A stretch of 64,000 nt of DNA from Utricularia gibba. Its lineage: Eukaryota; Plantae; Magnoliophyta. The position numbers and the translations under genes are program-made. Of the stretch, positions 52,101 through 64,000 are shown one piece after another. The stretch lies in contig NEEC01000012.1 of NCBI GenBank assembly GCA_002189035.1, forward strand, positions 1,674,001 through 1,738,000, in the 5' to 3' direction. Position 1 is the stretch's first letter, and each line of letters begins with the position of its first letter. A model generated the notes under the pieces. The model did no database searches. It had not been told where the DNA came from and saw nothing but the letters and a program-made list of their open reading frames with translations.

Positions 52101-55100
52101 TCCCGCTTGAACAAAGATGGAAGGGCCTCTAGCTTCCTTGAGTTAGCTGCACTGAAATAGATCAAAAAAGTCAAGGTATCTAAAGTGAGCATCTACCTTG
52201 GGTGTGTTGGCGGTGAGATCCAGTTGAGGTGCATCGCGAGCTTAGTGATGAGGGATGCGAATGGGAGCACTCGTTCGCTACGCGATGGTACACGATTCAT
52301 GTGCATGGCAATCCACCAGCCAATGTTGATCGGGATCTTCTTCATCATGGCCCAATGGAAGAACACCACCACCTTGGAGACCACACTGGTGCCTTAGCGA
52401 GTGGCAGAAAAGCATCCTCCAAGATACCTTTTTAAGACTAACAGCGCAACGGCCCTCAAGTGATGGGCCTTGAGTTTGGAACTAAGAAAGGCTGGTTCAC
52501 ACACATACATGGAACCATAAGCAGTATGAACATCAAATGAAGGGGGACAATCACAACATGATTGCAAATAATGAGCAGACGTAAGTTCATCGTCACACAC
52601 AAAACCAAGAGCGACATTAAAATTATTAACAAAAAGTTCAAAATCTTTCCCACCCAATCAAAAAGAAATGAGAGGTTTTGCAATGGGGTTCCCTTCCACA
52701 TCATCAAAAGCAAAAGTAGCATAAAACTCGAAAAACTAATTTTGGAAAAACAGGAAGTTCAACTTCTGAAAAACGATGCCATTCAGGTGAAAACTCAAAC
52801 ATTGGTTAATATCATGTGTCAAGTTCAGATGTGCTAACGTAGGAGCATGAAGATGGAAATCAAACAAAATACGGCGACTAATTGCAGCATTGAAAAGGGT
52901 TTGAGATTTCCTGTTGGGAAACTTGAAAGTGTCATGGAGTTGATTCCAAGCAGGAGATTCCAACAGACGATCTCGCCAGAACTTTTTTCGCCCACATTGT
53001 CCTTTGCCATGCTGCCTGCTCCCCGTCTTGGAACGTTAGTGGCCCTTTGCATTTCTGCAATCCATAAATCCACTTCAAAACCAATATTATCATCCTTACC
53101 TTCCTCTTCTATACAGGGTGAGCATCTGCATTCAGCAGCTAGTCAGCTGGATGCCTCTTCCACTTCTATTTCTTATTCTTCCTCCTCCAAGTCGGAAATC
53201 TTCATCGGAGCTATCGATATGAGCCTTGGTTGCAACAGCGTCTTGCTCCAGTGTGTCATCTACAACAAGGTTAGGTGTGGTTTCTCTCTCCGAGGTTGTA
53301 GCTGGCAATTCTTTAGGTTCCTAAGGTTTCTCATTTTTCCATGGGAGGTACAAAAAAGAGGGAAGTTCGACTAAAGGGACTAGGGAAATCAGCGGAGAAA
53401 TCTCCCAGGATGAAGTTTCCAGTGGAGGCACAGACTCGTGTTTGTGAGGTCTCGGTTAGGTTGAAGCAGAACGCTGTCGGTTGCTCTGTGATGGACATTC
53501 AGTGGTGGCCTTGCGGCGTATAGCTGTGAGGTTCCCTTCATGGCTGTTTGTTGTGATGGGTCATAAGGTTGAGGAAGAAGGTAAAATGTGAATTTGTAGA
53601 AGTGGGTATAATGTCTTATGGGAGAGTGGAAATGTGGGTTAATGGTAGAAGTGGTGGTGTGAATGGGGAACTGGGAAGTTATGGTGAGAGAAGGGTTCCA
53701 AGGAGGGTAATCATGAAGGGAAGGGAAAGAAAATTAATCAGTGTCTCTCGATAATGATGCGTGGGATAGAGTGTAATCTCAACAAAATACCGGGAAACCT
53801 GCAATGTCAGACAAAAGTAAAAGAGGAAAGAGAAAATTAACTCACGAGTTGTCTCCCATGCAGAACCAATTTAAAGTCGTTGGCCGACTTGGTATGCTAC
53901 TAATGATCCTCAAGTAAGAGCAAACATGCCTCAAATGGAAAAACATGCATAACTTTATAAGCTCCTAGCCATTTCCATCCCACCTTTTCTAGAAAAGATT
54001 GCAAGTTCGTACTAAATAGGAAAACTAATGGAACAACTATAAAGTTTTGGATAGGCAACCTGTTACCATGAATATGTTTTACCAAATCCTTGTAGATGAA
54101 TTGGTTAGAGTTGGCATTAAGTGAGATTTTTTTCAGCTCATGCTCCAAACCAATTGGGTGAGTGAAAATGGTAGGGCTTACTTCGGTGATGTCAACTAAA
54201 ATCCATCCAATCCATGGTTTGTGCTCTTGGAACATTGCTCATGCATCATCGCATAGTGATCAGTATCAGTTTAACATCTGGAAATTGTATATATCTCATT
54301 GATCTGGTCAGGATGCTTCATGGTTTGGTCAAGATTGAACTCTAGCACCTGTCCATCGAATTGGAGACTGATCGTACCTGCTTGAACATCAATCTTTGTA
54401 CCTGCAGTAGCCAGGAATGGTCATCCCAAAATAATGGACTCTGAAACCTTAGGATTATCACTTTCCATGGGGATAACCAAAAAGTCTGTTGGGAAAACTA
54501 AATCATCAACATGGACAAATACATCTTCAATTCTACCATCTAGTATAATTTGTGATCTATCTGCTAGGTAACATACAACATTCTTCGGCTTAAGTTTACC
54601 TAACTTAGATGCAAGATACAAATAGAGAAATTTAGGCATAACATTAACCGAGGCACAAAGATCACACATAGCTACAGAAATCTTTGTGTTTCCAATGGTA
54701 ACGAGAATTGAAAACATACCAGAATCATTACACTTACATGGCATTCTCCTTTGAATGATGGCTGAAATGATTTCAGTGAAAGGAATCACTTCTTGCTCCA
54801 CATTTGCTTTCTTCTTTGGATCGCATAAGTCCTTCAGCAACTTGGCATACTTGGGGACCTGTTCAATCATATCAAGAAGAGGAATAGAAACATTAACCTT
54901 TTTCATCATTTCCATAAAAGTTTTCAATTCTTTCTTGTCCTTATTCCTTCTTCGAAGCCTCATCGAGAAGGGTGGCGATATGACCAATGGCTTGGTCTGA
55001 GGAATCTTGCTTGCCTCCTTCTCCTAAACATCTTCGAATGGCTTTGGAATATCATTGTTCTACATTGGTGAGCCATCTGAATTCTCAAAAATGATCTCTT

Positions 55101-58100
55101 CTTCGACATCAGAATCATTGTCTATGACCTCCAGATCCTTTTCTTCGGACCTGTAAACCTTTTTTGTGAACCATGGATAAGGGTCTATTGGGTCCGTTCC
55201 ACTTATCAGAGAAATGGCGTTGATGTGCTCCGGATTCTGCACTAGCTGTGATGGCAATCCTCCCTTTGTTTCCAAACGGTTCATTGCTTGCGCGAGCTAA
55301 GTAGTTTGGCCTTGTATACTTGTGATTTGGCCCTTCATGTCCTTCTGCTTCACATGCATCTTGAAGGCGCTTTCAGCTAGAGATTTGACCATGGCCTCTA
55401 AACTATGGTTTGGTTGATACAGAACCATGTGTTGTTCTAGAGGTCCATTTATGTACAATGGTTGAGGTGGTCCAGTGATAGTCTTATGAGGAATACCAGG
55501 TGGGTTCTCTAATGATGATGCTTGATCAGGGGGTGCTAACTATCTACAGCAAAAACCAGGATGGTCTCTTCGAGGCATCTGATAATTTCCATAGTTATAA
55601 GTCTCTCCTTGGTTTTGATAAAAAGCATTGACTTCTTCCACCGACATTTCATGAACTCTTGGTCCTGGATCAATGTGAGATGGCATAGAACTTGAGGTTC
55701 CTTAATATCCTTCTTTTTGTTGAAGCAAGGCTTGAAGCCAAAACTTCAACGTGTCACTCATTGCTGCAAGTTGAGCCAATACTTCTGAGTTGTCCATTCC
55801 ATAGACCACTTTCGTTGTTCCAATATTTCCATCAGGTGGTCTATAGGAGTTGTCATAACGATTGGCTGTGGAATAGGAATTAGCAGCCATTTGTTCAATG
55901 AGTCTCTAGGCATCAGCACTATGACGGTTCTCTAATAATGATCCATTACAAGCGGCATCCATTTGACCTCGTACCATAGGAGTCAATCCTTCATAGAAGT
56001 GTTGCAAGATCTAGCCTTCAATGAGTCCATGCTAAGGGTAGGAGTTGCAGATTCAGTTGAATCGATCATAGTACTCCTGCAAGTTTTCTCCGTCACTTTG
56101 CATCATGGTTGTTAAGGTTCTCCTTCCGGCTGAAACTCTTCCTAGTGGTGCATAGCGATCCAAGAAGTTTTGAACCATCTATTCCCATGTGGCGATAGAT
56201 GAAGAGGGAAGTCCATAAAGCCACTTAAAAGCTCGTTCGGTGAGATTGAAGGGAAACACTCTAAGCTTGACTTGATTCTCCATAGCTCCCTTGAGGTGCA
56301 TGGATGCACAAGCCGTGTGCAACTCACGTAGGTGACAATTGGGGTCGTCATTTCCCCTTCCAGCAAACTTCGGAAGGGTCTAGAATAAGTAAGGACGTAG
56401 CTCATAGTCTTCTTCTCCATCAAAGATGATGCATAAGGGGCAGTTTGAATGATTTGCAATGATTTCTTCCTTGATGATCCATAATGTTAGTCCACGATTA
56501 GCGGGAGGTAATATTGGAAAGTTTCCGTAAGGTTGTTCTCCCTGGGTTTCAAGCACTATGGGTACTCCGATGGGTATCTGTGCTGCCATGATGTCTCCAG
56601 TGGTTAAACAAGACGTCTGCTCTCTCTTTTTAGCAAGAAAGTTGTGTTCCATCTATTGGTCCAATGGATATAGAACTTCTCGATAAGACCTTAGGCTTGG
56701 ACGAACCCTTGATGGATCTGGTTGCATAAAAAAGAAAAAAAAACCAAGCAGAAATGGAAACAAGAAAAGAAACTACAAGGAAAAAAAAAAGAAAAAGAAG
56801 GAAGAAAAGGAAAAAGAAAAGAAAACAAAAAAATAGAAAAAGAAAAATGAAACTCACACAACATCAAACATAAAAAAATTTCAACTCCCCGGCAACGGCA
56901 CCAAAAATTTGATGCGTGTCGTTTTCACAATAAATTTTAATATTTTTAAAACTTGTAAAAAACAAAAGCGTAGTACAGGTGTCGAACGCAGGGAGTTGTT
57001 TTTTAGTGAATGGTGAGATTACACCAAATACAACTGTCACGATTTGTAAACAGTTTTGAAAATAAAGGTGCGAGAAACGTAAATAATAAGGCTTGAGTAA
57101 GGGAGTAATAGGGTTGTAAACAAATAAAGTGAATGTTCCTAGGTTTGAGATCCTATCCATCTATGTTCGTTGTGTCTTCACTCTTCTCTGATCTTCTCGA
57201 GTACTCATAGGAGTAAGGAATTGTCTACCCTCCCTTACACTCTCTTGTAAGAAGTGCGGGAATAGCCCGATGTTTCCCCTCCTTGGAAAAACGTGAAGAT
57301 AAGAGGTCCTTCCAGCGTACCCTCACGGCCAAATTGTGCGCACGTGCCCGAGTGTTACCAATGACCCAATGAGTCCAGATACAAGGTCACTATCTGTCCA
57401 TTGATCCTGAGATAAGGCCACAAACAAAACATTGTCTCCCTCCTGCCAAAAGGGCATCACTTGGGTCTCTCCACCTTGCTCCTCTCCAAAACTCACCTGT
57501 AGTGATCAGCTAACCATGAATCTTGAGTAAGGAGATTGTTACAGAAAGACTGTAATATAGTCGCGTGAAGACATACAGAACCCATTTGGATTCAAAGAAG
57601 AAATGAAGATAAACAAACGAAACATAGATCTAGGAGTATCACAACCCAGAAACAGAAGTTTCTAGCCGCCAACGGCCATACAAGTTAAAGAAAATAAAAG
57701 CAGATTCTAGAGAGAAGCTAGAGGAAAATTCTCTAGAGAGAGAAACAAAACTCTAAACTAAACTTGAATTGTATGCTGAACTATCTAAACTGAACTAAAC
57801 TTCAATGAAAGTCTAAGTATTTATGTTCCTGCGGTTCTGCTGGACTTGAGGTGACTTGCAAGGAAGTTTTTGTTCGGACATTGGTATGCTAATGATTTCG
57901 CCTGTCAGGGACTCCTGTGTTCCGCACGTCAAAGCTCATGATTAACCATCTGTAGTCTTCCAGAAATCAAGGAGATGTCAGATCGGGAAGATCTATTTTA
58001 TCACCATCTGCTACCCTCTTTCTCTCACTTCTTGCAACATGTGCGCCTTTAGATAAATTTAAATAAAACTAGGAAAAATATTAAATAAAATACAATATTT

Positions 58101-58221
58101 AGGATAATTACCCTAAACTAGATAAAAACATAAATATCATATTATAAACTCCTAATTAGACAGTTCTAATCACATTTAAAAATAAAAAACCTAAGAAATA
58201 GTGAGAAAATGACACTTAACA
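49170..58221 (-). mobile_element. Athila-lineage Gypsy retrotransposon, deletion derivative (gag-protease and 3' extra ORF retained, most of RT-RH-INT missing)
   Basis: The 5' LTR is 56910-58221. The PBS at 56886-56903 (minus TGGTGCCGTTGCCGGGGA) is of the tRNA-Asp type typical of Athila. A gag remnant lies at about 55300-56600 and a protease at 54421-54987 (AMCDLCASVNVMP). A degraded extra ORF lies at about 51950-53350 and the PPT at 51101-51117. The 3' LTR from 51100 matches the 5' LTR, is split by a nested solo LTR and is truncated near 49170. Confidence 0.88.
49229..50385 (-). mobile_element. Gypsy solo LTR (1157 bp) nested in the Athila 3' LTR
   Basis: Termini are TGATA...TATCA. A perfect TSD TCAGT lies at 49224-49228 and 50386-50390. 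Removing it restores continuity with the 5' LTR sequence at about 57500. Confidence 0.9.
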
Positions 58222-60078
58222 CTGGCTTACGGTGAGACTAAGATGGGTTATCGGTTGTGGGATCCTGCAGTTGATAAGTTCATACGATCTCGTGATGTTT
58301 GTTTTCTAGAGGATCAAAACTGTTCACTTGGTGAGCTCCTAAATACGAGCTCATAAATTAGTCTTAATTTAGACTCTGCAAGACATGAAGCCTGCTCATC
58401 ACATCTTCAGGTAGATAGTCCTCATGTAGAGGCAACACCACAACAGCCGATACATCCCACAAAAAGTGCAGATGGCATTCATGCAATCACAACCACTCAA
58501 TCAAACATCTTCTAGGGGACTAATACCCAATTCTCAATATACATCTACTGGATTTATTTTGATCACTAAAGAGGAGGAACCCAAATCAGTAGATGAGGCA
58601 ATGCATACTTCAAACAAAGAACAATGGTTGGAGGAGTCACATGTATGAGCTTGCAGCATTACCGAAAGGCAGAAAACCATTATAATAAATGGATTTTCAA
58701 GCTAAAACGAAATCTAGATTGCATCGTGTAAAACAAGGCCAGAATTGTAGTGAAGGGGTTTAACCAAAAAGAGGGAATTGATAACCAAGAGATCTTCTCC
58801 CCTGTAGCCAAGATATTTTTGATCCATATTATCATGTCTTTTGCAGCAGATGGATGTCAAGAAAACATTCCTGCATGGACAGTTGGCAGAAGAAATTTTC
58901 ATGAAGCAAATACCATGATTCATTAAGCAAGGCCACGAATATCTGGTGTGCAGACTCAAATGTAGTTTATATGGGCTCAAACAAGCCTCTCGATAGTGGC
59001 ATCAGAAGTTCGATAGCTATATGATCAAGCTAGGTTATCAAAAGTATGATGCTGAGTCCTGCATTTATTTTTAGTATTTTGCAAGGGATATGGTGCTTCT
59101 AATATTTTATGTAAATGATATGTTATTAGTTAGTCCACAGTTGGCATTACTGACTCAGTTGAATGACCAACTTCCTGAGGTGTTTGAGATGAAGGACCTC
59201 AGAGATACCAAGAGGATTCTCGGAATTTATATTGTGCGAAATTGTCGAACAAGGACGCTCAATCTTATTCAAACATAGTATAAGCTGATGTTTACACCCA
59301 TGCACCTAGCTGTTAAACTCATTGGTATGGATGATTCTGAGGCAAAAAAACAAAGAGGAAAGTAAGCTGATTGCTCCATTGGGTGGAGGTGGTGTCACAT
59401 GGATGTCGTCTTTGAAACCCTGTGTGGCACTCTTGTCTATAGAAGTAGAGTATATGGCACTTAGTGAAGCAGGGAAGGAAGCAGTCTCGCTAGACCAATT
59501 TCTGTAGGAAGTGAATATCTTGACACTGTCACACAAGATGACAATCTTATGTAACAATTAGAGTGCCATAAATCTGAGCAAGCATGCTACATATCACTCT
59601 TGTACCAAACACATTGACATATGGCATCATTGGATTCATGAAGTATTGAAGGAGCACAAATTGAGCTCATTAAGGTCAGTACGGCTGATAGTATTGTAGA
59701 TATGATGACTAAAGCCTTAATGTCATCTCGGCATCAAATGTTGGTTCGAGAGGCAGGTCTCATCTTTAACTGTTGATTTTTCTAGCACACTTCCACCTAG
59801 GGAGCCATTGTAAGCAAATTGATCAGTGTGGTTGGCTGGTAGGCAAAATGTGCACGTCCACTCTGGACAATTGATTCAGCGGTTATTTCCTTGATGCATT
59901 AGAGGGTTCATCGAGGGATGCAGAAGTGCCCTCTGATGTATAAGTGTGTGTAGTGATGGAAGGGGTTTGGATGATTGAGAGCAAATTTTGTCTGCGTTAT
60001 GAGTGATCTCATTGGTGTTCTTGAATGGAAGGTAACCTACACTCCTGCCTTTGAATCCTAAATATGCTTCATGGAACA
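58222..60078 (+). mobile_element. 3' half of a Tork/Tnt1-like Copia element (integrase end, RT, RNase H, putative 3' LTR 59809-60078)
   Basis: Motifs: YGETKMGYRLWDPAVDKFIRSRDVCF, MDVKKTFLHGQL.EEIFM, SLYGLKQAS, YVNDMLL, VALLSIEVEYMALSEAGKEA. A purine tract precedes TGTAAG at 59809. It is truncated on the left by the Athila 5' LTR. The LTR boundaries are less certain than the coding motifs. Confidence 0.8.
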
Positions 60079-63000
60079 GAATGGATGTGACGATGTGATG
60101 CTGGTTCATGAAATCCATTTCACAGGAGTTAGTCTGGAATTTTAATTCAGCAAGAACTACTAAAGAATTGTGGTACACCATTGAGAAGCAACTAGGACAG
60201 ACGAATCTAGCTGTAGTGTACCACATCAAGCGGCAATTATACCACGATTCATACGAAACTATGACGGTTATAGAATATTGCTTGAAAATGAAGAACCTGT
60301 TGATCTACATGGAGGTATTGATGCCTACGAATCAATGCATAATTTGTAAGGACAACAAAACAACACAGATGACAAAGTTGGTGCAATTTCTTAATGAGCT
60401 GAAAAAATCAATTCACACTCATGGTTAATTACATTATCACCATGTGACCAGATGAGACTTACTACAAACTACATGGCTACCTAGACAAACATAAGAAGAA
60501 AAGGAACCAAGGGAAGGTAACTATGGCTAATATGATAGATACCAATATATCTGAATTTCTAGGGCAATACCTTAGTGAGACACATGATATGGAAGCTGCA
60601 CAAATTTAGAAGGATAACTCTTGGAAAATCATCCAGCAAGAACTAATAAAGCTTATAACAACACAAAAAATGAGGAAATCAAGTGAACAAGCCCAATATG
60701 TATTCAAGGACTTTTCGGGTCAATCCACCACCTTGAAGCAAGTTTTATTATTGATAAATTGTAGGCATTGTATTATAGATACCGAAGCTACTACCCATCT
60801 GTGTGTCAATAATGATTCCTTTATTAGCCTTACACTTCTGTCCAAACCAATTCCTATCCATTTTCCTGATGGCTCTTCCCAATTAGCCACATATAAGAGA
60901 TCTATACATTTTACTTCAGTTGTAAAATTCGAAGATACTCTTTTTGTCTCAACTTACTGCCTCCACTATTTTTTTTATTCACTCTAGTAAGGTCTTTGGA
61001 GTACGAATTCTCCAAAATGGACTCCATTTCTAGAATGGAAGTCCTTTTTGCCTCATGCCATTCAATTGTATAAACGTACTTTGGTATGAAATCTAGAGCA
61101 GCAAAATTACTTGATCAAATCTTCACATGTTTTTATGAATTACATAGCTATTTTTTTCTAGTCTTACTTATTCCCACAATTCTCATATGTTGTGGCATAA
61201 TTATTTAGGACATGTGTCAAACACTAGAGCCAAACATGTATGTGGCTTGCTCCACACTTGACTAGTGATCAACAAGCCCCACACTCTCTATTTCTCCTTC
61301 ATTTTGACAATGGGGACCATGCTCAACACTTACTATGACTAGCCAAAATTACTTCCTTATCATTGTTCATGACTTGTCGAAGGTGATGATAACACCGTTT
61401 TTATTGTATTTTTGTATGTCTTTTTAGGGTTTTATGTGGTAAAATATTGTTTCACATATGTAATTGTTTCCTTTCGTGCATTTAGTTCATAGTAATATTT
61501 TTGTTATGAAAATAGACTCAATTGGCTACAATTGAGCCGAAAACTCTAATATTTCTTTCTATTCTGTTTCAAAGTCTTGACAAGTTAAAAGGGACAAAAA
61601 AACTGTGGAGAAATGGCTTTTAGCCAAAAGTAACCGTACTCTGAAAAGATAAGATCTGGAGTAGAGATCTTCCTTCTAGAAACCCAAAGAAAAGACAAAG
61701 ATGCCCTTTTTTAAAGAGGAAAAGAGAAAAGTAAGGAAGAGAGAGAGGAGAGAGAAGAGTTAGGAATGTGAAGGGAGGAGAGCTATGGTTCCGACAACTC
61801 CAGCCAACTTCCAAATCTATGTTTCCACACCATATTTCCACCCAAAATTTGAAGATCCATCAGATCTACAACTTATAGCAACCACTTGACATTTTATTTT
61901 CACCTTTTTGCACTTCCATTTCTAACGTTGAACTTGTTCTCACATTTTTGTATGTTTTCTGCTTTCCTTGCATTATGATGCTTAGTTGTGGACGAGAAAC
62001 TTTCAGTGGATGTTATTTTAGCTAATGAATCTATTCCTGTTTGAATCCTTCAACTTTTAGTTCTTGAGTTCAACATGATTATTGTTCTCACAATCCTTTA
62101 CTCTGTATTTAGGTGTAATACAGAGTTAAGAGGAAGACAAGAGGAAGATTCTGCCTAAGGTAGTTTTATGCCTAAGGACTCTCTTGAATGACAAGAGGAA
62201 GATTCTGGTGTGGAACCTAATCAAATCACATCCACTTTATGGTTTCTATGCATTCACGTTATTTTATGTGCTCCTTCACCCCTGCAACTTGTTCACTTTA
62301 ATGTAAATGTAAAGGACTTCGAGAAATTGCAATCATTCCCTGTAGATTCGATTTTTGATTGTCACACTACATTAATTTCTGTGATTTATATAGGAGAATA
62401 GTTAGGTTTATAAATTTCTTTTGATATGTTGAACAAGCAAAACTGCTACATTTAGCATTCATTCTCAACATTCATTAGGTGACGTGGACATTTTTAATTC
62501 CTAGTAAAAGGGACTTATATATCATACTATGCTCATTTGTCACCAAAATGGAGAAACTCTTAGGTCACCTTATGAAATTCATTCAGACAGATAACGCACA
62601 AATTCAAAAATCATATTGTGAAATCTCATACTAATTTAGATGGCATATCCCAACAGTTTTCATGCCCATACACAACCCAAAAAAATGATAAGAGTCAAAC
62701 GTAAACATCAACATTTACTAGAAGCTACTCGAGTATTGCTTTTTCAATCTTCTTTGCCTAAGAAATTTTGGGACGAGGCACTCCTCACGGTCACTTATAT
62801 TATAAACTAAATTCCTTCATCGGTTTTAAGTTGGAAGAGACCCATTGAGGTGCTGATGGGAGAAGCACCAGATTATTCCTTTTTTAAAATGTTTTGATTG
62901 CATATGCTATGCAAGTAACTTGTCCTCAAACCGTGATAAATTAGATCATTGGGCTAGGAAGTGTATTTTCCTTGGCTATCCATTGGTATCAAAGGGCTAT

Positions 63001-63670
63001 AAACTCTATAATATGGATAATCATGACATTTTTGTTTCCATGGATGTGGAATTCTATGAATTCACATTTCCCTATCAAGTGGCTCATGCATTACCTAATA
63101 ATCCAATCACTTTGCCCTCACCATCTTTTGAGTCTGACTTCAACACCTTAGGCCACAACACATCGGTATCTGTTGTTTTTGAGATTACTGTCCATACCCC
63201 TAATGATCATACTACTTCTTTTGAGCATATGGAGCCTGACTTCCCCTAGCCAACTTTGTTAAAAAGTGACACTCCTGTCCCTTTAACCTTTTTCCAGCCT
63301 CATAACACTTCCACATTAGCCGATATTGGTCGCCACCCCTTTCACCGAAGCACAAGACCACATCAATATCCCGATTGGCATAAACACTTTGTCCTTTCAT
63401 CCAATCTTAGGGGCTTACAATCAGCCATCTTATCTACCAATTCCAACTCACATCCTTTGATACCTCCTTGTATATTATCAGACATTGATGAGGATGTGAA
63501 AGCTCTTACATCTATGTTCTTTGAACCATGTTTTTATTAACAAGCAAAAAGATACAAGAAGTGGAGGCACCCATGCAAGAAGAGTTGGTTGCCCATGAGC
63601 GAAATCACCCCTAGGACAATCTAGACTTGCCACTCGGACAGCACACTATTCCATCCAAGTGGCTCTACAA
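60079..63670 (+). mobile_element. Degraded Copia element (gag, protease, integrase, RT start)
   Basis: Motifs: gag KSISQELV...TTKELW..IEKQLGQTN, protease IIDTEATTHLC, integrase IVHDLSKVTWTFL (split by a solo LTR) and [17 protein letters not shown], and RT start APMQEEL...IPSKWLY. Confidence 0.8.
61387..62477 (+). mobile_element. Gypsy solo LTR (1091 bp) inserted in Copia integrase
   Basis: It starts TGATAACAC and ends CATTA (probably a mutated CATCA). TSD GGTGA lies at 61382-61386 and 62478-62482. Excision restores in-frame DLSKVTWTFL. Confidence 0.85.
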
Positions 63671-63699
63671 TAGTGAAATATATATATATAAGAGTTTAT

Positions 63700-64000
63700 A
63701 TTTTCTTATATATAGAAGAGTTTACAATCTACAGCCTAGGCAATAACATTTTCTTTGAATTTAAAGTATTTGTGGAGGAACAACTTGGAACCTATATCAA
63801 GATGTTACTTTTTGATTGTGGAGGTGAGTATATCTACACTAACTTAACAGTTTTGTGTGAAAGATAAGTTTTGTGATAGATCTATCCTAACATGACTTAG
63901 TGCTTACTTCAAAAACATTTATCTGAATGTTTTTGGGAAGAAGTTATTTCTACAGTTATGTATTTACAAAACATAATTCTATCTTGAGATATGTGGCAAA
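63700..64000 (+). mobile_element. Further degraded Copia integrase fragment
   Basis: FEFKVFVEEQLGTYIKMLLFDCGGEY resembles Copia F..FK..VE.Q.G..IK.LRSD.GGEY. Confidence 0.65.

Noticed and set aside
40960-56903. tRNA-like sequences at 40960-40977 and 56886-56903
   Set aside because: These are 18-nt retrotransposon primer-binding sites, not tRNA genes.

Overview
Plant (eudicot) nuclear DNA in three parts. (1) About 1-20.2 kb is a conserved gene-rich block. It holds a TDY-type MAP kinase (MPK20-like, cut by the window edge), a two-exon SWIB/MDM2 gene hidden by two -1 frameshifts, a PLS-E PPR gene, an RLCK-V-type single-pass kinase with a 1-bp frameshift, and an intact COG5. (2) About 20.4-46.1 kb is a tandem array in which two small genes were repeatedly co-duplicated in convergent orientation. 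One is a minimal 74-aa HMA-domain gene with no CxxC or CaaX (2 intact copies, 1 pseudogene). The other is a single-TM Gly/Cys-tailed protein (2 intact copies, 1 disrupted by a 226-bp solo LTR, plus the flank of a probable fourth unit). A Tat/Retand element and several TE remnants are interspersed. (3) About 46.2-64 kb is a nest of decayed Athila and Copia retrotransposons with TSD-flanked solo LTRs. All family assignments come from motifs recognised by eye, with no database search. The frameshifts could be real or assembly errors.
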